64,000 nucleotides of DNA from contig CM075996.1 of NCBI GenBank assembly GCA_038087875.1, forward strand, positions 312,001 through 376,000. Reading direction: 5' to 3'. Origin of the DNA: Malacoraja senta. Its lineage: Eukaryota. Positions 25,448-37,910 of this stretch are shown here, one piece after another. Position 1 is the stretch's first letter. Each line of letters opens with the position of its first letter. Both the position numbers and the translations under genes were made by a program. Under the pieces are notes generated by a model, which saw only the letters and a program-made list of their open reading frames with translations, did no database searches and was not told the DNA's origin.

Positions 25448-26355
25448 TAGGCTTGTCATATGCTTACACTCACTCAGTTAAATGTCAACATTACCTTGCT
25501 AAAAATATGCATTGCACTCCTTATTCTTAACGGAAAAATTGCCATATGGAGTTAAATTGTCACGGAAACAAATTCCAGTCAAAAGTAGACAAGACAACAT
25601 TTGTCAGTCGATCCTGGTAGAAGTGACAATGATAAACCTCACTAAAGTAACAAGAACACACAGGACTGGGACCATTTCCAAGGAAAACATAATGACCTTC
25701 TCATTGGCAGCACTACTGAGGAAGCAGTCTTTGCTCTGATGGAAAATGTTCTCAAACAATTACCTCATCACAGAGAGAAACTCAGATGCAATGGCATTTT
25801 TTGTCCAACCAGAAGGTTATTGGCTGCAACCTTCCCTCCATTGATGAACTGTACACTGCAAGGGCCAGGCAGCGAGCGGGCAAGATCAACTCTGACCCCT
25901 CTCACCCTGGCCACAAACCCTTTGAATCACTTCCCTCTGGAAGGCAACTCCGGATTGTCAAAGCTGCCACAGCCAGACATAAAAACAGTTTTTATCCACG
26001 AGTAGTTGCTCTACTCAACAGCCAAAAATCTGTAGCCTCCCTTTGATCTGGTATTTTGTTGGTTCACAGGCTTGATCAATGGTGTTTTATCATTAATGTT
26101 TTATTATTATTAATGTTTAGTGTTTTCTGAGTCATTCGTAACTGTCACTGTGTGTCATGTTGTTACTTGTAGGCGGAGCACCAAGGCAAATTCCTTGTAT
26201 GTGAATACTTGGCCAATAAACTTACTTACTTACTTATTCTATCTGCGATCAAGCACTCAATAGTCGAGAGTCAAGAGTGTTTTATTGTCATATACCTCGG
26301 ATTGAACAATGAAATTCTTACTTGCAGCAGCACAGCAGAACATATAAAGATGATA

Positions 26356-26575
26356 GGTAGACAAAAATGCTGGAGAAACTCAGCGGGTGAGACAGCATCT
26401 ATGGAGCGAAGGAATAGGCAACGTTTCGAGCCGAAACCCTTCTTCAGACTGAAGAAAGATTTCGGCCCGAAACGTTGCCTATTTCCTTCGCTCCAGAGAT
26501 GCTGCCTCACCCGCTGAGTTTCTCCAGCATTTTTGTCTACCTTCGATTTTCCAGCATCTGCAGTTCCTTCTTAAA
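26356..26575. mobile_element. Palindromic Penelope pLTR insertion
   Basis: Arms fold back around cttcttcagactgaagaa; flanked by tataaagat duplication. Confidence 0.85.
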
Positions 26576-26990
26576 TATAAAGATCATACACTGTGAACAA
26601 TATAATAAACAAGAGAGAAAAAGTTCAGTGTGAGTATATATACTGTATATAGGCTGTATATATATACACTGTATATAAGCGGACAGAATGCGTAGGAAAG
26701 AACTGCAGATGCTGGTTTAAATCGAAGATCGACACAAAATGCTGGAGTAACTCGGTGGGACAGGAAGCATCTCTGGAGAGAAGGAATGGGTGATGTTTCG
26801 GGTCGAGACCCTTCTTCAGATATATATATCATATATAATATAATATATATAATTAAGAGCTTAAACACGGAATCCTCAATAGTAGTTCAGTTTATTGTCA
26901 CATGTACCGAGTTTAGTTTAGTGTCAGATGTCCATACACACATACACATATATAGTGTCAGATGTACATACACACACATACGTGCACTTA

Positions 26991-27227
26991 AGGGCCTGTC
27001 CCACTTTCACGACTTAATTCTCGACCTTTTTTACTCGTGGACATTTTTCATCATGTTGAAAAAACGCCCCGACCTACTTGATGCCACGAGTACCTACGAC
27101 TAGCATCACGGCCTGCTACGACCTACCTACGGCCTCCTACGACCTCGTGACGACCATGCTGCGAGTATGAGTCGAGGGCAAACTCGGCAGAGGTCGTGAA
27201 TTAGGTGATGAAAGTGGGACAGGCCCT
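26991..27227. mobile_element. PIF/Harbinger-type MITE
   Basis: Same TIR; TTA TSD; internal tacgac repeats. Confidence 0.85.
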
Positions 27228-27694
27228 TTAGTGCAAAAAGACAAAACCAAGTCTGTGTAGTTCAGAGCTTATTTGGAGGTTGTTGTGTTTAATAGGCTGA
27301 TGGCTGTAAGAAAGAGGCTATACCTGAACCTGGACGTTACAGTTTTCAGGCTCCTGTACCTTCTTCCTGTCTAGGAGCTGAGACCTTTTTGTATATAGTT
27401 GTGTTTTACGCTAGTTTTTTTTAAACCAGATTTGGAATGGAGTTCACACCAGTGCCACAGCTGCTCAAGAAGATTGAACGGTGGAGAGGCACTGAGAATC
27501 GACAGCGAGCAGCAACCGATACAAGCACAGCTTAAACACTGAATCCTGTAATGGTCATTTAGTTTAGTTTATTGTCTTTTGTTGCATGCCAGTCAGTCAG
27601 CGGAGAGACAAAGCACGATTACAATTGAAGGTAGACACAAAATGCTGGAGTTACTCAGAGGGTGAGGCAGCATCTGTGGAAAGAAGGAATGGGT

Positions 27695-27722
27695 GACGTT
27701 TCGGGTCGAGACCCTTCTTCAG
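27695..27722 (-). ncRNA. Minimal hammerhead core, sense to CACNA1I pre-mRNA (intronic)
   Basis: Minus strand reads CUGAAGAAGGGUCUCGACCCGAAACGUC followed by ACCC; stem I pairing is poor. Confidence 0.5.
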
Positions 27723-30700
27723 ATAACCCCTCAGGTTCCTATTTAAAACCTTTCCCCCTCATTTTAAATCTATGGTCACGATGGCACAGCGGTAGAGTTG
27801 CTGCCTTACAGCAAAATGCAGCGCCGGAGAGACCCGGGTTCGATCCCGACTACGGGTGCTGTCTGTATGGAGTTTGTACGTTCTCCCCGTGAGTTTTCTC
27901 CGAGATCTTCGGTTTCCTCCCACACTCCAAAGACGTACAGGTTTGTAGGTTAATTGGCTTGATTAATTGGCTTGATAAAATGTAAAATTGTCCAAGTTTG
28001 GCGATATGCAGAGTACTGCCCTGCCGACTACAAGATTCACAAGGTTCAGAAGGTATGTCCTCTGGTTCTCGAGTAAGTTGGCTTGGTTCTGGCGGTGAAT
28101 CTGTGGAAGTCTTTGCCACAGAAGGCTGCGAAGGCCAAGTCATCACCAGCAACGTCACCCATTCCTTCTCTCCAGAGATGCTGCCTCACCCGCTGAGTTA
28201 CTCCAGCATTTTGTGTCTACCCTCGATTTTATCCAGCATCTGCAGTTCTTTCTTACACATGATTACAAATGAGCCATTTACAGTGTAGGCCATTCACATG
28301 ATAATGGAATAACATTTAGTGCAAGGTAAAGGCACCAAAGTCAAATCAAGGATAGTCTGAGAGTCACCAATGAGGTAGATTATAGGACATGACAACACAA
28401 TGAGAGTTGGCAAATGATGCCTCGATTTGCAGTGTGGACTGATCATGTCAGTTGTTGGGGCACACAGCTACATGATTTTATTATCCCAAAATGACTACGA
28501 GATTGCTCCTCCAAACACAATGCAAATTCATGAAGGTTCTGATGAAGATAATTAAAACACAATGAATGCTTCGACTCTTCTCTGCCTCGTAACAATTGAC
28601 GGCCAACAAAAGTCAATAGCGTTTCCAACTTCTTTTTGATTGATCGAATTGATGGAAAGATACGGCACGGGGACAGGCCCTTCGGCCCACTGAGTCCACG
28701 CCGACCATCGATCACCTGTTCACACTAGCTCCATGTTACCCTACTTTTGTGGATGATCAGCCATGGTCACATTGAATGGCGGTGCTGGCTCGAAGGGCCG
28801 AATGGCCCACTCCTGCACCTATTGTTTATTGTTTATTTGCATTAACTCCCTACATGCAAGGGGCGCTAGAGAAATGAAAAAAGGGGACAAAAGGGGGTGC
28901 GATAAGAAGTGAAAAATTAACCTCATATGGCAATTCTTATATACACTACAGCGGCCAATGGAATACAAGCCCGCGCGTCTTTGGGATGTGGGAGAAAACC
29001 GAGGCACCCATATGCGGTTTTTAGTTTCGTTTAGTTTAGAGATACAGCATGGAAACAGGCCCTTCGGCCCACCGAGTCCGCACCGACCAGCGATCCCCGC
29101 ACTCTAACACTATCCTACAAACACTTGGGCCAATTTTACATTCATACCGAGCCAATTAACCGACAAACCTGCACGTCTTTGGAGTGTGGGAGGAAACCGA
29201 AGATCTCGGGGAGGGAAAACCCACACAGGTCACGGGGAGAGCGTGCAAACTCTGCTCAGACAAGCACCCGTGGTCAGGATGAAACCCGGGTCTCTGGCGC
29301 AGTGAGGCAGCAACTCTGCCGCTGCGCCGCCGTGCCGCCCGGTAGCAGGGAAACTCCACGCAAACAACACCCGTGGTCAGGATGGAACCTGGGTCTCCTG
29401 TGTTGAGAGTCAGCGGCACTACCAGCTGCTCTACTGTGCTGTTCTCGTTCCAAATTGAAATGGATGGAATTATTAGCGGATAGAGAAAGAAGCACTAGCC
29501 ATTATTTCTGCCGCGGAGTTTCATCCCTTCCCATAAAGACGATTTTGACTCCAGCCATGAATCACTAAACCTTTATTACAAATTCCACGTCTAGAGAAAG
29601 TGCTTTCGATCGCGTCAGTTGTTAGGACAGAGAGCTCCATGATTTTATTATCCCACGATGACTACTAGGTTAAGCACCGCTCCTCCAAACAGAATGCAAA
29701 TGCATGAAGATCCTGATCAAGGTAATTAAACCACAATTTTTATCCTTCAACGAGCGGAAGATGACTTTCCCGTCATATTGCCGAGGCTAAACGTAGAGAT
29801 ACACTTGTAATAACAGTCCATGAACAAACTCTGATTGCTCCTGCAGCTTAGTGTCCAAAGGTGGACAGTCGCTGATTTATAACCGAACATAAGAAATGTT
29901 ATTTTCTCCAGTATGTCTGAAGTGAGTTCATGAAATCATTCATCTCCATGAACTGAGAAGGTTCAGAACACTCATCTAGTAAAGGTTAGGGTGGCGCGGG
30001 GGTAGAGTTGCTGCCTCACAGCGCCAGAGACACAGGTTCGATCCCGACTGCGGGTGCTGTCTGTACGGAGTTCTTACAATCGCTACCATATACTGTGACA
30101 ATAGACAATAGACAATAGGTGCAGGAGTGGGCCATTCAGCCCTTCGAGCCAGCACCGCCATTCAATGTGATCATGGCTGATCATCCCCAATCAGTACCCC
30201 GTTCCTGCCTTCTCCCCCCATATCCCCTGACTCCGCTATCTTTAAGAGCCCTATCTAGCTCTCTCTTGAAAGCATCCAGAGAACCCGCCTCCACCGCCCT
30301 CTGAGGCAGAGAATTCCACGGACTGTGTTTGCTGGGTCGCCTGGGCGAGGGTGTCTGATGTTGTGAGACCCGAAACACCCGGTGACCCCAGATCACATCA
30401 CTGAGGATGTGTCCCAGCCCATCTAGAAGATATATATTTTTCACACTGAAGTCTGGCTCAGCCAGTGAGTGGCACCTAGGAATAGAGTGTGTGACAACCA
30501 AGAATAGTTTGGTGACTACTGGAGAGACAGTTGACGGCACGGAAATATGGCACAGGCTGGGTTAGCACCCCAGTCTGTGTCTTTCGTGAGAAAGTCACCC
30601 GACAAAGCTACGGAAAGGCCTAATGAACCACCGTGGCCTAAACATCCATCAGGCGAGCATGATCATATTGAATGGCGGTACAGGCTCGAAGGGCCGAATG

Positions 30701-32589
30701 GCCTACTCCTGCACCTATTTTCTATGTTTCTATGTTTCTATGAAATGCTCGGAGAAGGAGAAAGAGATGCAGCGCACGCACAGGCCTTGAACCTGGTGAG
30801 ATGCACGAGGAGCCCGGCCTGGACTCACCCCACAGAGCCCAGTCCCTCCACACACTAGAGTCTCCCAACCCCTGCAGAGTGGTTACTAAGATGGCTGATC
30901 CGTGGGCGGTTGCTGCTGGGACGCAAGTCGGGGCCTGATCAACCCCGGCTGGGTCGCCTGGGCGAGGGTGTCTGATGTTGTGAGACCCGAAACACCCGAT
31001 GACCCCTGAGGTCACATCACTGAGGATGCGTCCCAGCCCATCTAGAAGATGTATATTATTCACGAAGGTGAATGTTATGTTGGAGATGAAAGTGGGGCTC
31101 TGTCATAATCCGTGCACAAGTCCTATGTGGACTGCACTGTAGTGTGTGCAGGTATTTGGGCTGGATTAACTGCAGGCAGGGAGGAGAAGCTCGCGGAGAA
31201 TAACCTGCAGGCATCTCATCAGCTTGACAGAGAATTAGAGTGGAACATCTAAAGAAAATCAGGGCGGCATGGTGGCGCAGCGGGTAGAGCTGCTGCCTCA
31301 CGGCGCCGGAGACCCGGGTTCGATCCTGTACAGAGTTTGTACCTTATCCCCGTGACCCCGTGGGTTTTCTCCGGTTGCCTCCCACACTCCAAAGACGTAC
31401 AGGTTTGTAGGTTAATTGGCTTCTCTCCTTATCAACTCTCCCCCCCCCCCTCCTTACCTGTATCCACCTATCACTTGCCAGGCTTTGTCCCATTCCCAAC
31501 TCTTTTCCAGCTTTCTCCCCCCATTACAATCACACTGAAGAAGGGTCCCAAGTCAAAATGTCGCCCATCATGCCATAAGTTCATACATTCAGAAAACATA
31601 GGAGCAGAATCAGGCCATTCGGCCCATCTAGTCTATTCCGCCATTCAATCATGGCTGATCTATCTTTCCCTCTCAATCCCATTCTCCTGCCTTCCCCCCA
31701 TAATCCCTGACAACCGTACAAATCAAGAATTTATCTATCTCGGCCTTCAAAATACTCAAAGACTTGACCTCCACAGCCGTCTACGGCAATGAATTCCACA
31801 GATTCACCAAACACTGGCGAAAGAAATTCCTCTTGCTCTCCTTTCGAAAGGTACGTCCTTTTATTTTGAGGCTGTGCCCACTGATCCTGGACTCTCCCAC
31901 AAGTGGAAACATTCTCCACATCCACTCTATCCAGGCCTTTCTTAATGCAACAAGCTTCAATGAGATCCGCTCTTATCTTTGGACTTTGTACTTTAACGAT
32001 ACAGCGTGGAAACAGGCCCTTCGGCCCCCGCTCTGTCCAGCAATCACTAGGGACAATTTACAATTTACAGAAGACAATTAACCTACAAACCTGCACGTCT
32101 TTGGGGTGCGGGAGGAAACCGGAGCGCCCGGAGGAAACCGGCGCGGTCACGGGGAGAACGAACAAACTCCGCACAGACAGCAGCCGAGGTCAGGATCGAA
32201 CCCGGGTCTCTGGCGCTGTGAGGTAGCAACTCTACCACTGCGCCACTGTGCCGGCCCATTTTTAATGAGGACACCCATCTAAACTCCAGAGAAGCTGTCT
32301 GGCCCGCTGAGTTACTACAGCACTTTGTTTTGTTTTGGTAAACCACCATCTGCAGTCTCTTGTGTCTCGTTAAATTTGAGATGGGTATCAAACACTATGT
32401 AGAATATTGACATCAACAGGCATACTCTTGTTAAGAGCAGAGATCTAGACGATCGAAAACACCGAGCTATGATTGCCATTATGAACATTTCAGAGAGTGC
32501 ATGCTAATATTTTCACAAAGGCAGTGACATCCCACAATATGCTTACGCACACTTAAGATCAATTGAGGTCCGACATGTGGTTTGATCGG

Positions 32590-32898
32590 GAGGCACGGTG
32601 GCGCAGCGGTAGAGTTGCTGCCTTACAGCGCCAGAGACCCTGGTTCGATCCCAACTACGGGTACTGTCCGTGTGGAGTTTGTACGGTCTCCCCATGACCT
32701 GCGTGGGTTTTCTCCGGGTGCTCCGGTTTCCTCCCACACTCCAAAGACGAACAGGTTTGTAGGCTTGGTGTAACTGTCCCTAGTGTGTGTGTGTGTGTGT
32801 AGGGTAGTGTTAGTGTATGGGGATCGGTGGTCGGCGCAGACTCGGTGGGCCGAAGGGCCTGTTTCCAAACTGTATCTCTAAAACTAACTAAAACTAAA
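32590..32898 (+). mobile_element. tRNA-derived V-SINE (HE1-like)
   Basis: ggcacggtggcgcagcggtagagttgctgcc...ggttcgatccc...(taaaac)n. Confidence 0.88.
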
Positions 32899-33054
32899 AT
32901 GTGGGATCTTGCACAACGCAGAACGGCACCATTGAGGAGCGAAGATTGAATTTCTGCCATTCATTCTATACTCAGGAGAATTGTTCCAGACAATGTATTG
33001 GTTGGATCATATCTGTCCACATGCTTTAGGTGAAGGAGCAAATCGAATACCTAA

Positions 33055-33466
33055 AGGGCCTGTCCCACTTTCACGACTTAATTCAAAACCTCTTCCGAGT
33101 TTAAAGGACCTAAAAAAAAAAAATCAAGATCGCGGTAATCTACGAACTCCTGCGACTATGTTCACGAACTCCTACGAACTGCTACGAGTATGTCTACGAA
33201 TTCCACGACTATTTCGATGCCCTCCTTACGAGTAAAAAGTAGCAATTTCTTTCATCCCAACCATTTTTTTACTCGGGGACATTTTTTATCCGTCTGGAAA
33301 AACGTCCCGACTTACCTGATGCCCCGAGTACCTACGGCTGGCATAACGAGCCGCTACGATATATCCACGGACTCCTACGGACTCGTTACGAACATTCTGC
33401 GAGTTTGAATCAAGGGGAAAACTCGGGAGAATTCGTGAATTACCTTGTGAAAGTGGGACAGGCCCT
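33055..33466. mobile_element. PIF/Harbinger-type MITE
   Basis: Same TIR; TAA/TTA flanks; interior homologous to 9412-9669. Confidence 0.82.
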
Positions 33467-35439
33467 TTAGTTCCCCAGAGCATTCAAAGTGGAAGGGGGC
33501 AGCCAAAGTATCTATACCCATCTACTCATTATCTTTGAACAGACAATCTTGCAAGGTTGACACAGAATGCTGGAGCAACTCAGCGGGACAGGCAGCATCT
33601 CTGGAGAGAAGGAATGGGTGACGTTTCGGGTCGAGACCTTTCTTTTCTCCAGAGATGCTGCCTGGCCCGCTTACCTGATGCCCCGAGTGCCTACGGCTGG
33701 CATAACGAGCCGCTGCGATATATCCACGGCCTTCTACGGACACGCTATGAACATTCTGCCAGTTTGAAAACTCGGGAGAATTCGTGAATAACTCAGGAGT
33801 ATTCGTGAATAACCCGGGAAAGTGGGACAGGCCTTTTAAGAAGATCTTGCTTGAATCGGGGGGAAGTCACAATGGCCAAATGATTGCAGGGAGAGATACA
33901 TCAGACGCTGTCGGGGAGTTATGTGATGATGAATTGATTCCAGGACTGAATGCAAAAGCAACCAGTGAACAGGGGATGCAGGTCAACGGTGAGCTGAGCT
34001 ACAATTTCTCACAGTCTTCAGTTCAAGAAATAATTACAGTGCGGGAGACACAAACACTGTAAGAAGTGTCAAGCACTCGGGAGAGTCAGTGGCAGACTGA
34101 GGCGGTAATTACTGTACATAAATGAAGCTCTCTCTTAAAGCAGGAAGGTTTGGGTTAGCTTTGTTGTCTGTGTGATGTAGTATGTTTGGTAGTGGTTGTT
34201 AGGCTTCAATAAAGAGAACACATTAACTCAGCTGTCATCTTACTTCATTGGAGACCCTCGGACTATCTTTAATTGGACATTATCTTGCACTAAACGTCAT
34301 TCCCTTTATCATGTATCTGTACACTGTGGACGGCTCGATTGTAATCATGTCTGGTCTTTCCGGTGATGATAGGCACAAAACGCTGGAGTGACTCAGCGGG
34401 TCAGGCAGCATCTCCGGAGAAAAGGGAATAGGCCACGTTTCGATTCGAGACCCTTCTTCAGACTGACTGGTTGGAGGGACGCATTTTTAGATTATGGGGA
34501 GAAGGCAGGACAATGGGGTTAGGAGGGAGAGGTAGATCAGCCATGATCGAGTGGCGGAGTAGACTTGATGGGTCGAATGGCCTAAGTCTGCTCCTATTGA
34601 CTTATGAGACATGAAGTGTATGAACGTTATTGACCAGCATAGAGGTCACGACAGGCATTGAAAGGCAGGTCCTTCGACCCAGCTTGCCCACGCCAACCAA
34701 CATGCCCCAGGTGGGACTAATGTTTATGGGGCATGTTGGTTGGCGTGGGCAAGCTGGGTCGAAGGACCTGTTTCAATGCTGTGTGACTCTATGCTGGTCA
34801 ATAAGTTCATACATTCATGTTCATAAGTAATAGGAGCAGAATTAGGCCATTCGACCCATCAAGTCTACTCCGCCACTCGATCATGGCTGATCTACCTCTC
34901 CCTCCTAACCCCATTGTCCTGCCTTCTCCCCATAACACCTGACACCCGTACTAATCAAGAATCTATCTAAGGTAGACAAAAGTGCTGGAGAAACTCAGCG
35001 GGTGCGGCAGCATCTATGGAGCGAAGGAAATAGGCAACGTTTTGGGCCGAAACCCTTCTTCAGACTGATGCAGGGTGGGGGGGGGGGGGAGCAGGAAGAA
35101 GAGACTGTTCATGTCTACCAATTTTGTCTACCTTCGATTTTCCGGCATCTGCAGTTCCTTCTTGAACAAGAATCTATCTATCTCTCTTAAAAATATCCAT
35201 TGCCTCCTGTGGCAAAGAATTCCACAGATTCACCACCCTCTGACTAAATACATTCCTCCTCATCTCCTTCCTCGAGGAACGTCCTTTAATCCTGAGGCTG
35301 TGGCCTCTGGTCCTAGACTCTCCCGCTGGTGGAAACATCGTCTCCACATCCGCTCCATCCAGGCCTTTCACTATTCTGTAGCCTTTCTCCAGCCGCCAGG
35401 GGCGGGCAGTCCCAGCCCATTGTTGCCCATCACACTTAC

Positions 35440-35533
35440 CTGGAAGACTGTAACGATAGCCCAGAGGAGTGAGTCAAAGTTCTTCCTGTCAGGAACGGTG
35501 TCCCCACCATCGGTCTTCAGGCTAAACTTGCAG
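35440..35533 (-). CDS. CACNA1I: T-type Ca channel alpha1 exon (domain II S5-pore), 5' end truncated by gap
   Basis: Translates (G)[31 protein letters not shown], followed by donor GTAAGT. Phase 0 into the next exon. Upstream part lies in the N gap. Confidence 0.93.
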
Positions 35534-35733
35534 NNNNNNNNNNNNNNNNNNNNNNNNNNNNNNNNNNNNNNNNNNNNNNNNNNNNNNNNNNNNNNNNNNN
35601 NNNNNNNNNNNNNNNNNNNNNNNNNNNNNNNNNNNNNNNNNNNNNNNNNNNNNNNNNNNNNNNNNNNNNNNNNNNNNNNNNNNNNNNNNNNNNNNNNNNN
35701 NNNNNNNNNNNNNNNNNNNNNNNNNNNNNNNNN
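35534..35733. other. Assembly gap (200 N)
   Basis: Run of N. Confidence 1.
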
Positions 35734-35806
35734 TCTTGGATGCGGCCTTATTAGATTACAGCTAACTTAATGCGGCATTCCAACATGAACAGGTTCCCCA
35801 CCCCTG
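35734..35806 (+). mobile_element. Right end of the same hAT family, abutting the gap
   Basis: gatgcggccttattagattacagctaacttaatgcggcattccaaca...aggttccccacccctg is nearly identical to 60291-60358. Confidence 0.88.
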
Positions 35807-37210
35807 ATGGGCCGAATGGCCTATTTCTGCTCATATTACCTAGGAACATGAACTAGATGGCACAAGTTAAGAGACTTTGTGATTTTCTCAGAGCATAACA
35901 TTGGAAAGAGCTCTGGACCCTTCTGAGGAAGTCATAGGGTCAAATTAATTTGAAAAGATAAGGACTCCTTTTAACTTATCCGATTATAAAATAAAGTTTG
36001 GTTTAGGATACAGCGTGGAAACAGAACCTTCAGCACACTGGGCCCGCGCGCCAACCAGCGATCACCTCGTACACTGGCACTATCCCACACACTCATTTAC
36101 AGAAGCCAATTGTCTTACGTCTTTGGAGTGTGGGAGGAAACCGGAGCACCCGGGGAAAACCCATTTGATCACAGGGAGAACGTACAAACTCCACACAGAC
36201 AGCACCCGTAGCCAGGATCGAACCCGGGTCTCTGGCGCTGCAAGGCAGCAGCTCTACCGCTGCGCCACTAACTCAGCAGCAAAACAAGAATAAACTGCAA
36301 TCCAACTGCAAGCCCAAGTGGGTGGAAAGTGATTACGGAGGCCATTCAAGCGTGCAGGACGCCAGCGTGAATAGTCGCTGTGCAAATAATATCACATTTT
36401 TTTTGAAAATTTCCAAGGGCTTTCATTACATCAAACTGCTCCAGGCAAAAAGTACCAATGCATCTATCAAGTCAATCACCCTAAAATCACTTGATGCAGT
36501 TTAGTTTAGAGATACAGCGCGGAAACAGGCCCTTCGGCACACCGAGTCCGCGCCGACCAGCGATCCCCGCACATTAACGCTACCCCACACAAACTCGGGG
36601 CAATTTACATTTACACCAAGCCAGTCAACCTACAAACCTGTACGTCTTTGGAGGGTGGGAGGAAACGGAAGATCTCGGAATAAAACCCACGTGGTCACGG
36701 GGAGAACGTGCAACCTCCGTACAGACAGCACCCGTAGCCGGGTCTCTGGCGGTGTAAGCACCGCAAGGCAGCGACACTCCCAACATTTGGAAACATTTTC
36801 CAGCATCTAGCCTGTCCAATCCTTTAAGAATTGTATATGTTTCTATAAGATCCCCTCTCATCCTTCTTAATTCCAGTGAATACAAGCCCAGTCAATCCAT
36901 TATTTATGGATCCGGCCTTAACGTGACGTCAGACCCCACTAATACCATTGCCTTTTACCCCACCTCCCAATGTTAGACCCAGAGTCAAGCCCCTTATCAA
37001 CTATCCCATCGCACACTCTGAGATAGATGGCTAGTCCTTGTAACTCTCTTTTGGCACGCAGGTGCTCTGTGTGTTGAGGTGATATTATTCATACTTTGTC
37101 TGTTATTGTTTTCAAACCGCTTGTCAGGCCGCATTGTTCACGGAATCATAATTAGGTCCCTCCGCGACACACACACACACACACACACACACACCACATC
37201 TGCTACTTAC

Positions 37211-37266
37211 CGGCCCAGTGGACACGCCAGAGAAATCTCGGAGGATCCGTGATCAACGCATGGGTC
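37211..37266 (-). CDS. Candidate exon of an unidentified gene
   Basis: cagcAG|DPCVDHGSSEISLACPLG+CG|GTAAGT. Strong donor but weak polypyrimidine tract; phase 0 fits after IKQE. Confidence 0.25.
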
Positions 37267-37424
37267 CTGCTGTGCTTTAGTCGTGGGAAGGAACTGCAGA
37301 CGCGGGTTTGAACCGAAGATAAACACAAAAATGCTGGAGTAACTCAGCGGGACAGGCGGCATCTCCGGAGTGAAGGAATGGGTGACGTTTCGGGTCGAAA
37401 TGGTTCTCAGGTATAAGTTCTGTG

Positions 37425-37910
37425 CTTCCTGATTCCTGGGATGGCAGGACTTTCATATGAAGAAAGACTGGATAGACTCGGCTTGTACTCGATAGAATTT
37501 AGAAGATTGAGGGGGGATCTTATAGAAACTTACAAAATTCTTTAGGGTTTGCACAGGCTAGATGCAGGAAGATTGTTCCCGATGTTGGGGAAGTCCAGAA
37601 CAAGGGGTCACAGTTTAAGGATAAGGGGGAAGTCTTTTAGGACTGAGATGAGAAAAACATTTTTCACACAGAGAGTGGTGAATCTGTAGAATTCTCTGCC
37701 ACAGAAGATAGTTGAGGCCAGTTCATGGGCTATATTTAAGAGGGAGTTAGATGTGGCCCTTGTGGCTAAAGGGATCAGGGGGTATGGAGAGAAAGCAGGG
37801 ACAGGATACTGAGTTGGATGATCAGCCATGATCATATTGAATGGCGGTGCAGGATCGAAGGGCCGAATGGCCTACTCCTGCACCTATTTTCTATGTTTCT
37901 ATGTTTCTAT
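37425..37910 (+). mobile_element. CR1 LINE 3' fragment
   Basis: Same CR1 C-terminal coding and 3' tail sequence. Confidence 0.9.

Noticed and set aside
28469..28545. C/D box snoRNA in the duplicated segment
   Set aside because: C box is poor (ATGATTT) and it would be antisense to the host gene.
30348..30380. Second hammerhead candidate CUGAUGU...GAAAC
   Set aside because: Lacks A9, a paired stem II and an NUH site; better explained as a nested stem-loop.
1032..35533. Assignment to CACNA1G or CACNA1H
   Set aside because: Linker motifs MTPNGHLD, EEIDY and [16 protein letters not shown] fit Cav3.3 better; a phylogenetic tree would confirm.
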